The translations under genes and the position numbers were made by a program. Source: a virus (lineage: Duplodnaviria > Caudoviricetes). From it: 64,000 nucleotides of DNA. This document shows, piece by piece, positions 24,425 to 33,184 of this stretch (its first letter is position 1; every line of letters begins with the position of its first letter). The notes below the pieces were generated by a model that ran no database searches, was not told the origin of the DNA, and was given only the letters and a program-made list of their open reading frames with translations. Location of the stretch: the IMG/VR virus record IMGVR_UViG_3300005440_000008, positions 32,001-96,000 of that record; one strand, 5' to 3'.

Positions 24425-26544
24425 CCGACGAGGACCCCCCCGCCGACGAGGCGCGTGGCGTCAGGCCGCGCCCACGTATAGTCACCCCCAGAGATCAACC
24501 GTTGCCGACCGCTCGGGCTGATCGCCAGGTCCACCGGGTCCGCCCACAGCTCGGTGACGCTCGGAATGGCGACCGCGATGCGGACGCGGACGGGGCCGGG
24601 CTCTTGCGGCGTGAAGGTCACGCTGATCGTCTGGGGCGTCCCGGCGGTGTTGCCCGCTAGCTCCCAGGTGGCGGACGACGATGGCCAGTTGGCGGCCGTC
24701 CCTAGAAAACCGACGCGGCTGGTCGCCATCGCGGCGTTCGTCTGGCCAGCCGTGTTCTTGTACACAGCTTCCAACCAGATGTCGCTGTTTTTGAGCAACG
24801 TCGCGCTGTCGATGTAGACTTCTACGTTGACCGTGACGGGGCTCCCGACCTGATCTTGCTGGAAGACCATCCACGGGCAGTAGAGCGGCGTGGTCAAGCT
24901 GACACCCGCGCCGGACTGGATCAGCCACGAGGTCGGCGTCGTTCCGTCCGCCGACGCGCCCCCGGTTCGGTAGACGTTGGGGTCGAGGTCGCTGACGGTT
25001 CCTTCGTAGGAACGGCGGTACATGTTGTTCGCGCCGCCCAACCCCTGACAGTTGTCGAACCAGGCGACCACGCCGCCCGGGCCGCTCCCGCCGCCGAACA
25101 GCGTGACCGCCCCGTTGACGAGGCAGTCTTCAAACTTGAACTCTCCCAAACCTGCCGCGTTCTGGAGGATGAATTTCCCTGACCCCCAGAGCGAAAGGTC
25201 CACCGCCCGGAAGAACGCGATGGTGGGGTTCGCGGCGGTGGCCTTCATCGCGCCGCCTGGCGTCGTGCTCGTGATGAAACTACCGCCCTCCATGATGAGG
25301 CGCAGCTGGCCGAGCGTGAGCGAGGCGTTCGCGTGACCCGGCAACCGTATCGTCGTGTCCTTGAGGAACAACTGGCAATCGTCCGAGGATGTGCCCGTGG
25401 GACCGAAGGCGATCACCGCGCCCGATCCTGTAGCCGGATTGCGGAGCGAACAGTTGTCGAAGTAGAGCGCCCAAGGCGTGGTCGCGGTGAGCGTCATCGC
25501 GTTTGAGCCCGACCCCGTGCTCGACGAGAAGATGATGCCGTAGAAGTAGCAGGACCCAGACGTCCAGGTGATGCTGAACGCGCCCGTCGTCGTGACCGTC
25601 GCCGTGATCGCAAGGACGGTCGGCGTCGCGGGATCGCCGGTGTCGTCCACGCAGATCACGCGGGTCAGGTTCCCCACCGTGCCGCTAGGAGCGAGGGCCA
25701 TTCCGGACGCCTGCGTCTCGGCGTGGTTGTCCGAAACGTAAATCGTATCGCCCGCTGATTCGTCCGCGAACGCGCCGACCAGCGTGGCGTTCGCCAACGC
25801 CCAGGTGGTCCCGTTGTCCGCGTCGCTCCCGTCCCCGCTGCGGAGATACTGGACCGCGCCCATCAGCGGGACCGCGTCGGCGAGTGAGCTGAGCGCCATC
25901 TGGCCGAGCAGCGAGAGCGCGGCGAGCCCGGCGACGCGACGAAGCTGCGCCTGCCTGCGCGCCGCGAAGCGGGCGCGAGCGTGCCCCGCGCTAAGGTAGT
26001 GGACCCCCGCAGGGGTTTTGCGAACGGCGGGGCTGACATAGGGAATGCCGAGCTTCATGCAGAGTTGCTGAGTCCGCTGCGCCCGCTCGATGAACGCGAA
26101 GCCTTCCGCGAGCGCCCAGGTGAGCGCCTGGAGCCGATCCCCGCCGCACGCCTGGTTCGCGACGGCCTGGAGCCGGTCGGGGACTTCCGGGAGGACGGTC
26201 AGCGACGCGCTGGAGTTCTGCCAGTACCACTGCGCGCCCTGGAGCTTCATCGGTGGGGCCGCTTCTCCGCGCGCCGCCTTGCCTTCGACTTCGCAGAGCC
26301 CTTCCGAGAGCGCCCATGCCCAAATGTTCGTCCGCTTGACGTTGGGCCGCTTGTGCCGCGCTTCCCCCTGCGCCCGCCACGCGACTTCTCCGGCGACGGC
26401 TCCCGCGAGGCGCTCGCTCAGTCGCTCGATCCGCGCGAGCGCGGGTCCGATGACGAGATGATGACCGAGCGTGGTTAGTTCCCACTTGATCTTGTGACGC
26501 TTGCGCCAATCCACGCGGTCGGAGTCGAGGCAGGACAGGTTCAC
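24421..26544 (-). CDS. Beta-helix (tailspike-like) protein with an unusual ~225-aa N-terminal extension
   Basis: YLRSGDGSDADNGTTWALA..TL..A.....AGDTIYV beta-helix cap and FDNC/FEDC rungs; N-terminus has two RHH-like units and a hydrophobic segment. Confidence 0.7.
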   Translation of the reverse strand: MNLSCLDSDRVDWRKRHKIKWELTTLGHHLVIGPALARIERLSERLAGAVAGEVAWRAQGEARHKRPNVKRTNIWAWALSEGLCEVEGKAARGEAAPPMKLQGAQWYWQNSSASLTVLPEVPDRLQAVANQACGGDRLQALTWALAEGFAFIERAQRTQQLCMKLGIPYVSPAVRKTPAGVHYLSAGHARARFAARRQAQLRRVAGLAALSLLGQMALSSLADAVPLMGAVQYLRSGDGSDADNGTTWALANATLVGAFADESAGDTIYVSDNHAETQASGMALAPSGTVGNLTRVICVDDTGDPATPTVLAITATVTTTGAFSITWTSGSCYFYGIIFSSSTGSGSNAMTLTATTPWALYFDNCSLRNPATGSGAVIAFGPTGTSSDDCQLFLKDTTIRLPGHANASLTLGQLRLIMEGGSFITSTTPGGAMKATAANPTIAFFRAVDLSLWGSGKFILQNAAGLGEFKFEDCLVNGAVTLFGGGSGPGGVVAWFDNCQGLGGANNMYRRSYEGTVSDLDPNVYRTGGASADGTTPTSWLIQSGAGVSLTTPLYCPWMVFQQDQVGSPVTVNVEVYIDSATLLKNSDIWLEAVYKNTAGQTNAAMATSRVGFLGTAANWPSSSATWELAGNTAGTPQTISVTFTPQEPGPVRVRIAVAIPSVTELWADPVDLAISPSGRQRLISGGDYTWARPDATRLVGGGVLVG

Positions 26545-26547
26545 GAC

Positions 26548-27003
26548 CTACTCCCCCACCGCCGCGACCAGCGCGGTCCACTGGGACGCCTTGGCCTGGA
26601 GTCGCGTCCTGAGCGACGTGAGGGCGGCTCCGCTGACGCCGAAGAGCGTCCCGAGTTGGTTGTTGGTCAGCGTGTTCAAGAAGGCTCCGAGCGCGCACGC
26701 CTGCTCCCGTGTCGCCGTCCGGTACGCCTCGCGCAGCGCATCGCGGACCTCCGCGATGGTCACGTGATTGGTGGTGACGACGGCCTGGTCTCCTGCCGCG
26801 TAGATGGATCGAAGGTCCTCGGCCAGCTCCTCGCGGGCGAGCCAGCCGATGACAATGGTGATCCGGGCGGCCAAGTTCGCGTCCGAGGCCAACGCCTCGA
26901 TGTCCCGCTGCTGACCCAGGTGGTCGGTGTGCCGCTCGCGGTTGACGACCACGCCATTGGCGAGCCGCCGCGTTGACACCACCACCGAGGATACGATGGG
27001 CAT
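26548..27003 (-). CDS. Hypothetical virion-associated protein
   Basis: 151-aa ORF tightly packed in the operon. Confidence 0.6.
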   Translation of the reverse strand: MPIVSSVVVSTRRLANGVVVNRERHTDHLGQQRDIEALASDANLAARITIVIGWLAREELAEDLRSIYAAGDQAVVTTNHVTIAEVRDALREAYRTATREQACALGAFLNTLTNNQLGTLFGVSGAALTSLRTRLQAKASQWTALVAAVGE

Positions 27004-27005
27004 GC

Positions 27006-28214
27006 TTACGCGTCCTGGAGCACCGTCTCGACTGAGTCCCAGGACGGGATGCCCGGCGGGGTCACGTCCGCCGACGAGCGCAGGGGACGGTAGGCGAACA
27101 CGGCCCCCTGGACCCGATGCACGACGATCAGGAGGTCGTCCTGGATCGAGTAGCCGCCGCGGTTGTAGGTGCCGTTCCACCCCACTCCGGCAACCTCTGG
27201 CGAGTCCGGCGTCACGCCCTCCGTCGGCGCGATGTCGGTGATGGCGAACGTGTCGGGGTTCATTGAGTAGAGCGTGCGGCCTCCGGAGGGGTGGATCCAG
27301 TACACCCCGCTTATCGGATCGCGGACCACGAGGGGCGCGTTCCCGAGCGAATATTGCGCGTTGTACGGCGCGGCGAGCGCCTGCACGCGCCGCTGGTACT
27401 TCCCGCTCGGGAGCGCGTCCCAGACGATGCAGTTGACCGAGGCCGAGAACGGGCCGAAGCCGACGACGCGATCCCGGACAGGATCGTGGAGCAGGCTCAT
27501 GTAGATGTACTGGTTGCTGTTCTCCTGCCCGTCGTCGATGATCTTGGCCTTCTGACCGGGCGGCAGGCGGTGGTCGTAGCTCCGCAGCCGCCCGTTGCTG
27601 CAATAGATGACGCGATCGTGGAGCGTGTCGAGGCAGGCCGAGCATGCCGTGTGCGGAGTGGTCCCGCCCGGCCAACCCAGCATGAAGCTGTCGCCCGCCG
27701 CGCAAATGCCGGTGACCGCGTCGGTCTCCCACGAGAGCGCGCCGCAGCCCGAGCCGTCGTACCAACGCACCCCGCCGAACTGGATGATCTTGCCGGCGTG
27801 GTACACCTGGCCCTGGTAGTTGTGCCGGCTCGCGTAGATCAGGTTCCCCGGCGGCCCGTAGAGCCCGGTCGGGTCCGAGTAGTACGGCAAGCTCGGCTGG
27901 GTCGGGTTGTAGCGCGACGGGATCAGGTCCACCGACGGGCCGCGCAGCATCCGCCAGAGCCCGTCGGCGAGCGTGAACGAGTCGGACTCGTTACTGGCGC
28001 TGCTCCCGTGGCCACCGCAGGCCGCAAGGTAGAGCTTCCCCGCGACCGGGTCCATCGCGCCGCCGCACCAGTCGAAGACCTTCTCCGCCTGGTTGACCCC
28101 CTTGACGGCGGTGATCGTCTTGCCGGTGCCGGGCTGTCGCCAAAGGGTCGCGCCGACGCTTTGGCCCGGCTGCGAGACAACGCCCCACTGGCCTGCGGTG
28201 ACCGGAAGGGTCAT
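27006..28214 (-). CDS. Kelch-like beta-propeller with C-terminal DxxPPxxPxW strand
   Basis: W.GGAMD...GKLYL..GGH....NE; SRHNY; repeated D....V blades; ends DVTPPGIPSWDSVETVLQDA. Confidence 0.75.
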   Translation of the reverse strand: MTLPVTAGQWGVVSQPGQSVGATLWRQPGTGKTITAVKGVNQAEKVFDWCGGAMDPVAGKLYLAACGGHGSSASNESDSFTLADGLWRMLRGPSVDLIPSRYNPTQPSLPYYSDPTGLYGPPGNLIYASRHNYQGQVYHAGKIIQFGGVRWYDGSGCGALSWETDAVTGICAAGDSFMLGWPGGTTPHTACSACLDTLHDRVIYCSNGRLRSYDHRLPPGQKAKIIDDGQENSNQYIYMSLLHDPVRDRVVGFGPFSASVNCIVWDALPSGKYQRRVQALAAPYNAQYSLGNAPLVVRDPISGVYWIHPSGGRTLYSMNPDTFAITDIAPTEGVTPDSPEVAGVGWNGTYNRGGYSIQDDLLIVVHRVQGAVFAYRPLRSSADVTPPGIPSWDSVETVLQDA

Positions 28215-28216
28215 CG

Positions 28217-28540
28217 CTAGTTGTCCTGGAAGACCCCGACGATGGAATCCCACTGCGGCATATCCGGCGGGATCAGGTCCACCGACGGGACGGTGACATC
28301 GCGCTCGGCCGGGAGACTCGCGTTGCCGGCCGCGTCGACCGCGACCAGCCCGAGCCGGACCACGTAGGCGGCCTCGGTCGTCGGGAGCGGATCGTAGGTG
28401 AAGCTCGCCTTGCCGTCCGCACCCTTGGGCCGCTCGCCCTTGAGGTCGCCGTCGAGGAGAAAACGGAAGAGGGCCGTGTCGGTGTCGGCCGCGCCGAGCG
28501 CCGCGAGAGCGTTAGCGGTAATGACAAAGACCTTGGCCAT
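28217..28540 (-). CDS. Circularly permuted single FN3-like domain (candidate fibre shaft subunit)
   Basis: FRFLLDG, SFTYDPL, LVAVDAAGNASLP FN3 motifs; ends DLIPPDMPQWDSIVGVFQDN. Confidence 0.75.
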   Translation of the reverse strand: MAKVFVITANALAALGAADTDTALFRFLLDGDLKGERPKGADGKASFTYDPLPTTEAAYVVRLGLVAVDAAGNASLPAERDVTVPSVDLIPPDMPQWDSIVGVFQDN

Positions 28541-28543
28541 TGA

Positions 28544-30922
28544 TTAGCCCTCCAGGTGGGCCTCCACCAACTCCCAGGTCGGAGCCAACGGAGGCGTGGT
28601 GTCGGCCGGTGGTGTGGTGGTCAGCGGGACGACGCGCGTATTCCAGCGGATGTAATAGATGATCGCGGCGCACTCGGCATCGGTGAGATTGCGCGGGTAG
28701 CCGCTGCCCGCGCCCGCGCGAAGGAAGGCCGCGAGATCGCCGTCACGCAACTCGGCCAGGTCATCGAAGTTGGGGAGACCGAGGTGTCCCTGCCCGTCCT
28801 CGCCGTGGGTCAAGGCAAAGGCCGGGTACGGGTCGGCGGCTCGCCCTTGCCACAGACCCTTCCCGGTCTGATACAGGCTCTTGTTCACGGCCGGATCTGT
28901 CGGGAGCCGGCGCGTCTGCACCCAGAGCCCCTGCATCGTGCCGGTGCCGACGATATACACGCGGCCCATCCCTGACGCGACCATCGTCGGGTAGTGGCAG
29001 CTCGTGAGGTTCCGGTTACTCCCTTCGACCAGGAATCGGTCTAGGCTGCTGGTGTTCGGGAAGAAGCTCCCGAGCCAGGCCGTCATGTCCTTTGAGTAGA
29101 TCCGCGCCGAGTCCTGTGTCCACTGGGTGGTGCGGATGCAGTCTTTCGGCCCGCACGTGCCGTCCCAGTTGATGTCGATGCAGATGTCCCGCGTGTTGAA
29201 GCCGGTGGCGAACGTCGGGAGCTTGCCGAGGAAGCGGCCGGTCTGGGTGCGGAAATCCCACTTGAACAGGCCGTCCAGGTAGCGGCAGGAAAAGATCAGG
29301 TTGCCCTCGGAGTCAAAGCGGACGCTCTGGGGGAAGGCGAAGCCGAACGTGCCCCGGCCGCCGTCGCGCCGGAACCGGGTGAGCAGGGCGTCCTGGGAGA
29401 AGGACGACCGGCCCATGCCGCGCCCGTTCACCCGGACATCGGGATGTTCGAGGGTGATCGAGGCGTCGGCCGTCGCGGACTGAATCCGGTCCATCACCAC
29501 GCCCGTCTTCGCGTCGATCAGCAGGATCGCGTGGTGCATGAAGAGCGGGAGCCACATCTCGTCGGTGTTCCAGATGCGGCAGGGATCCCAGGGCTCCGAC
29601 CCGTGGTCGAGCGGCGTGAACATCGTGATCTCGGGCGGGCGCCCCGGGGCCTCGTGGCACGGCCGGTGGTTCGCCTTCTGGATGCAGTAGCCGAGGGTGT
29701 TGCTGATGAGGTGTTCCTCGTGATGCACGTCGGCGGCCGGCGTCGGGTAGGGGCCGAACGGGACCGCACCCCACGGCTCGATCAGCTTCGGCCGGAAGTC
29801 CCCCACGGTCTGCATCTGGCCCTCGCGCACAGGCCCCCAGGTGTCCGGCCCCGGGAAGTAGCCGGTCGTCCGCGACGAGGTGGGATGCGCGGTGAAATCA
29901 TCCTCGGCCCGCAGGCGACGACCGGCGACCGTCGAGAGCCGCCCATCGAAGCGGTGGGCGAACGCGAGGCGCCCGTTCGTGCAGGTGATGAAACAACCGC
30001 CCGCCCTGGCCGGGTTCTCGTGCCGCGCGACCCAGCCCGACCAGCCGTGCCCGAGTTGGCCGCTTCCGCGAGGGCCGTCCACGAGCGGCACCCCGTCGAG
30101 CGGGCTCAGGACTGACGGGTCGGGCGGGATGACGTTGCTGTGCACCCCCTGGAAGTAGTCGTACTGCTCCTTCCCGGTGATGACGATGCGCGGGGTGCCC
30201 GGGCGCTTCTTGCTCTCGATGACGCCGATCCGGCGCGCCATCGCCTTGGTGGACACGCTGCCAAGGCGGGTGTAGTGGAAGAAGTCCTTGGCCGCCTCCG
30301 TCGTGTAGAACGGAATCGTCGTGTACGGCTGCGCGGTGGGGCGCAGCTCGTCCGGTCCGGGGCGGAACGGCACCACCACCCGGCGGTTGATGGGCTCGCC
30401 CGGGTGCCAGATCATCGCCGGCATCTGGCCATTGACGACGTACCAGATCCCGTCCCACTTCGTCGGTCCGGCCCAGCACCAGCCCGCCTGGGTGAGCGGC
30501 AACGGCTCGCCCGTCGTGAACTTGCAGGTCGCCGCCCAGAAGTTGTCGGTCAGAGGGCCGCCCGTGAAGCGGGCCCAGAGGACGTGCTGAAGGGTCGGGC
30601 CCGTGCGCGGGAGTACCTGGCGATCAGTCACGCACCAGCGGTCAGCGGTGCGGGGGGTCATCTGGGCCACGGCGAGGGCGTCGAGGTCGATCTGGAAGCG
30701 GTAGGGCGGCGCCAGGATCGGCGAGCCGAGCGGCTGGTCGTCGAGGAAGAACTGGACGGTCGGCCAGGGGCTCATCGTGACGGCCGCCCCGCTCTCGGTC
30801 AACCACTGGAACTCGAACGAGAACAAGCCCGACAGGTCGTGGACGTGCTCCCCCCGGTAGTAGCGGGAGCCGAGCGTATTGTCGCCCTCGGCGGGAGTCT
30901 TGACGACGAGGTAGTGACGCAT
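28544..30922 (-). CDS. Ig-like + NHL-type beta-propeller protein with C-terminal DxxPPxxPxW strand
   Basis: VQFFLDDQPLG...APPY Ig motif; LIEPWG, SEPWD, FAFPQSVRFDSEGNLI NHL-like blades; ends DTTPPLAPTWELVEAHLEG. Confidence 0.75.
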   Translation of the reverse strand: MRHYLVVKTPAEGDNTLGSRYYRGEHVHDLSGLFSFEFQWLTESGAAVTMSPWPTVQFFLDDQPLGSPILAPPYRFQIDLDALAVAQMTPRTADRWCVTDRQVLPRTGPTLQHVLWARFTGGPLTDNFWAATCKFTTGEPLPLTQAGWCWAGPTKWDGIWYVVNGQMPAMIWHPGEPINRRVVVPFRPGPDELRPTAQPYTTIPFYTTEAAKDFFHYTRLGSVSTKAMARRIGVIESKKRPGTPRIVITGKEQYDYFQGVHSNVIPPDPSVLSPLDGVPLVDGPRGSGQLGHGWSGWVARHENPARAGGCFITCTNGRLAFAHRFDGRLSTVAGRRLRAEDDFTAHPTSSRTTGYFPGPDTWGPVREGQMQTVGDFRPKLIEPWGAVPFGPYPTPAADVHHEEHLISNTLGYCIQKANHRPCHEAPGRPPEITMFTPLDHGSEPWDPCRIWNTDEMWLPLFMHHAILLIDAKTGVVMDRIQSATADASITLEHPDVRVNGRGMGRSSFSQDALLTRFRRDGGRGTFGFAFPQSVRFDSEGNLIFSCRYLDGLFKWDFRTQTGRFLGKLPTFATGFNTRDICIDINWDGTCGPKDCIRTTQWTQDSARIYSKDMTAWLGSFFPNTSSLDRFLVEGSNRNLTSCHYPTMVASGMGRVYIVGTGTMQGLWVQTRRLPTDPAVNKSLYQTGKGLWQGRAADPYPAFALTHGEDGQGHLGLPNFDDLAELRDGDLAAFLRAGAGSGYPRNLTDAECAAIIYYIRWNTRVVPLTTTPPADTTPPLAPTWELVEAHLEG

Positions 30923-30968
30923 GGTCAGTCTCTCGTGAGCTCGATCAGGATGCCGAGGGCGAAATGAA

Positions 30969-31541
30969 TCATCCGAGTCGCTCCTGGTTCCCGAGCCGCA
31001 CATAGCGCTCGGGCCCGCTCGTCCAGTGGGGCTCCCCCTGGGTGCGGACGGTCTCGTACATCTGGAAGCGCCGCCACCGCTCGAGGTTCTTGAGGATCAT
31101 CAGCTCGAGGAACACGAGGTCCGCGGTCGCCTGGTCCGCGCACAGGTGGGTCTGGTAGAGGAGATCGTGCCCCGCCCCTTCCTTGTTGCAGATCCCGCCG
31201 AAGCACAGGTAGACGAGCGGCAGCCGGGGTGTCGAGGCGAGATCCGTCACGAAGCCGATGGGGAAATTGACGCGCGCCCGCAGGACCGCGCTATCGAAGG
31301 CGAGCTCGCCCATGATCTCCCACGTTTTGTCCGGAACCACCTCGCCCACCACGAAGCGGCCATGCCACGCCGGCTCGATCGCGGTCTCGCGCAGGTTGGT
31401 GAACCCGGTCGGCCACTCCGCGAGGGCGCCATACTCGGCCATCATCTTCGCGTCCCGCTCGGCCGGGGTCGTCCAGCCGAAGACGAGGCCGGTGCGCTCA
31501 CCGCGGCGCGCGTCCTGGTAGGTGAAGATCGCCGTCGTCAT
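30969..31541 (-). CDS. DUF1353-family protein
   Basis: PIGFVTDLASTPR...HDLLY...AD.VFLE.M......R...MY..VR. Confidence 0.85.
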   Translation of the reverse strand: MTTAIFTYQDARRGERTGLVFGWTTPAERDAKMMAEYGALAEWPTGFTNLRETAIEPAWHGRFVVGEVVPDKTWEIMGELAFDSAVLRARVNFPIGFVTDLASTPRLPLVYLCFGGICNKEGAGHDLLYQTHLCADQATADLVFLELMILKNLERWRRFQMYETVRTQGEPHWTSGPERYVRLGNQERLG

Positions 31542-32215
31542 TGCCTCGCCGGCAGCCCCTCTAGCGCGGGCGGCACCGCCTTCCCACACGTCGGCTCGAG
31601 GGACTTCAAGTTGGCGTAGTTGGCGACCTCGCCGGCGAGCTCCTGCAGCGCCGGCGCGTTCCCCGGCCCGATGGCGCGGAGGCGGTCCGCGATGTGCTGC
31701 GGGTTCAGCATCAACAGATGCTCGGTCACGCGCGCGTCGATCGTGGCGAGATCTCGCCGGAGACACAGCGCCTCGGTGTCCAGGGAGCTGTTCGCCCAGA
31801 CCATGCGCTCGTCGCTGTGGCCGACCACGGTGATGGTCAGGAGCGCCGCGCGCATATAGATCGTCGCCTTGGGCTCGTTCTGCATCACCGCGGCCGTGCC
31901 CGCCGCGAGCCCGCCCCCGATGGGGATCAGCTGCATGGCGATGGACGTCGGCGCAAAGAAGCTGAGCGCCGCCATCGCGGCGACCGACACGCCCGCGGTC
32001 AGCGCCCCCGCGTAGAGCGCGTCCCGGTTGATCCGGCCGCTGACCAGGTAGCCGTCGATCTGCTGGTAGGCCAGCTCCTTCACGTCGGTGTAGGAGGGCC
32101 GCAGGACGTCGGTGCGCTGGGTCATGGCCGCGGGCGGGACCACGCGGGGCACGTGGCCGAGGCTCGTACAGCCGGTCAGCAGGACCGCCAGAAGAACGAG
32201 AAGGGGGCGGCGCAT
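31538..32215 (-). CDS. Lipoprotein with hydrophobic hairpin
   Basis: MRRPLLVLLAVLLTGC lipobox. Confidence 0.75.
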   Translation of the reverse strand: MRRPLLVLLAVLLTGCTSLGHVPRVVPPAAMTQRTDVLRPSYTDVKELAYQQIDGYLVSGRINRDALYAGALTAGVSVAAMAALSFFAPTSIAMQLIPIGGGLAAGTAAVMQNEPKATIYMRAALLTITVVGHSDERMVWANSSLDTEALCLRRDLATIDARVTEHLLMLNPQHIADRLRAIGPGNAPALQELAGEVANYANLKSLEPTCGKAVPPALEGLPARQ

Positions 32216-32218
32216 GGC

Positions 32219-32440
32219 CTATCCCTTCCCCGGCGGGATGAGCGGCGGAGTCGGGATGCTCCCCGCCAGCCAGAGCAGGACAATGAGGATCAGGATCACG
32301 GCGAGGCCCCAGCGGATCCAGCTGTTCCACGGCTCGGCGAACTTGGCCTTCTCGTGGAGCCAGAACAGGATTCCGCAGACGACGAGGAACAGGCCGATGT
32401 AGATGATCGCGTTGACGAGCGTGATCAGAGCGGGAGCCAT
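32219..32440 (-). CDS. Two-TM small membrane protein (holin-like candidate)
   Basis: LVVCGILFWL...EPWNSWIR..LAVILILIVLLWL; AAGGAG RBS. Confidence 0.75.
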   Translation of the reverse strand: MAPALITLVNAIIYIGLFLVVCGILFWLHEKAKFAEPWNSWIRWGLAVILILIVLLWLAGSIPTPPLIPPGKG

Positions 32441-32489
32441 GGATGACTCTCCTTTCCTCGAACGAGGGCGGCCGTCATCGCGCGCCCGA

Positions 32490-32687
32490 TCATCCTTTCA
32501 ACCCGATGGGAGCCCGCTCGCTGTTGTCGACGCCCCGAAATCCGCGGAGGAGCTCGACCGCGTGGAAGCCCGGCACCGCGAAGAGGGCGTACCAGGGGGC
32601 GATCCCCTTGATCACGGCGTACCCCAGGAAGAACGTGCCAACGAACAGGGGGGCCTGCTTGAGCGCGAGGAGGATCACGTCCTTCAT
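32490..32687 (-). CDS. Small membrane protein
   Basis: Two hydrophobic segments; ATGA overlap. Confidence 0.55.
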   Translation of the reverse strand: MKDVILLALKQAPLFVGTFFLGYAVIKGIAPWYALFAVPGFHAVELLRGFRGVDNSERAPIGLKG

Positions 32688-33184
32688 TGCGGCCTCGGCT
32701 CTTTCGTGAGCACGAGGATCGGGACCTCGCGCAAGGCATAGCTCACGGTCTTGAGCGGGTTCACCCGCGCGTTGGCGACCCAGACGCGGAACAGGTACGG
32801 GCCCGGCGGGAGGTCCTCCGGGATGTAGGTTGGGAAGCTCCGCGCATAGCAGCCGACCTTGAGCTCGGAGAGGGCGCGCGTCTCGCCGAGCCGGTACTCG
32901 AGGCTGTTGCCGAACGAGCGGTACACCATCCCGGAGACCTGGCGGTGGTAGCAGAAATGCCGCCAGACCGCGGCGCGGGAACCCGCCGGCCAGGCCCGCA
33001 CCTCCACCGGCTTGGGCTCGTTCGGCTCGCCGACCCGGTGGAAGATCGGCGTCCCGATCTCCTCGAACGGCTGATCGAGGTCGAGGACGAGCCAGTAGAA
33101 GGCCAGGCACGAGAAGCCCACGATCAGCGTCAGGGCGACGTTGATGAGCGTGTTCTGGACGCGCGGCCACGTCGGCCAGATCAT
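32684..33184 (-). CDS. N-terminally anchored membrane protein with beta-sandwich ectodomain
   Basis: TM LINVALTLIVGFSCLAFYWLVL; IPEDLPPGPY...NPLK. Confidence 0.65.
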   Translation of the reverse strand: MIWPTWPRVQNTLINVALTLIVGFSCLAFYWLVLDLDQPFEEIGTPIFHRVGEPNEPKPVEVRAWPAGSRAAVWRHFCYHRQVSGMVYRSFGNSLEYRLGETRALSELKVGCYARSFPTYIPEDLPPGPYLFRVWVANARVNPLKTVSYALREVPILVLTKEPRPQ

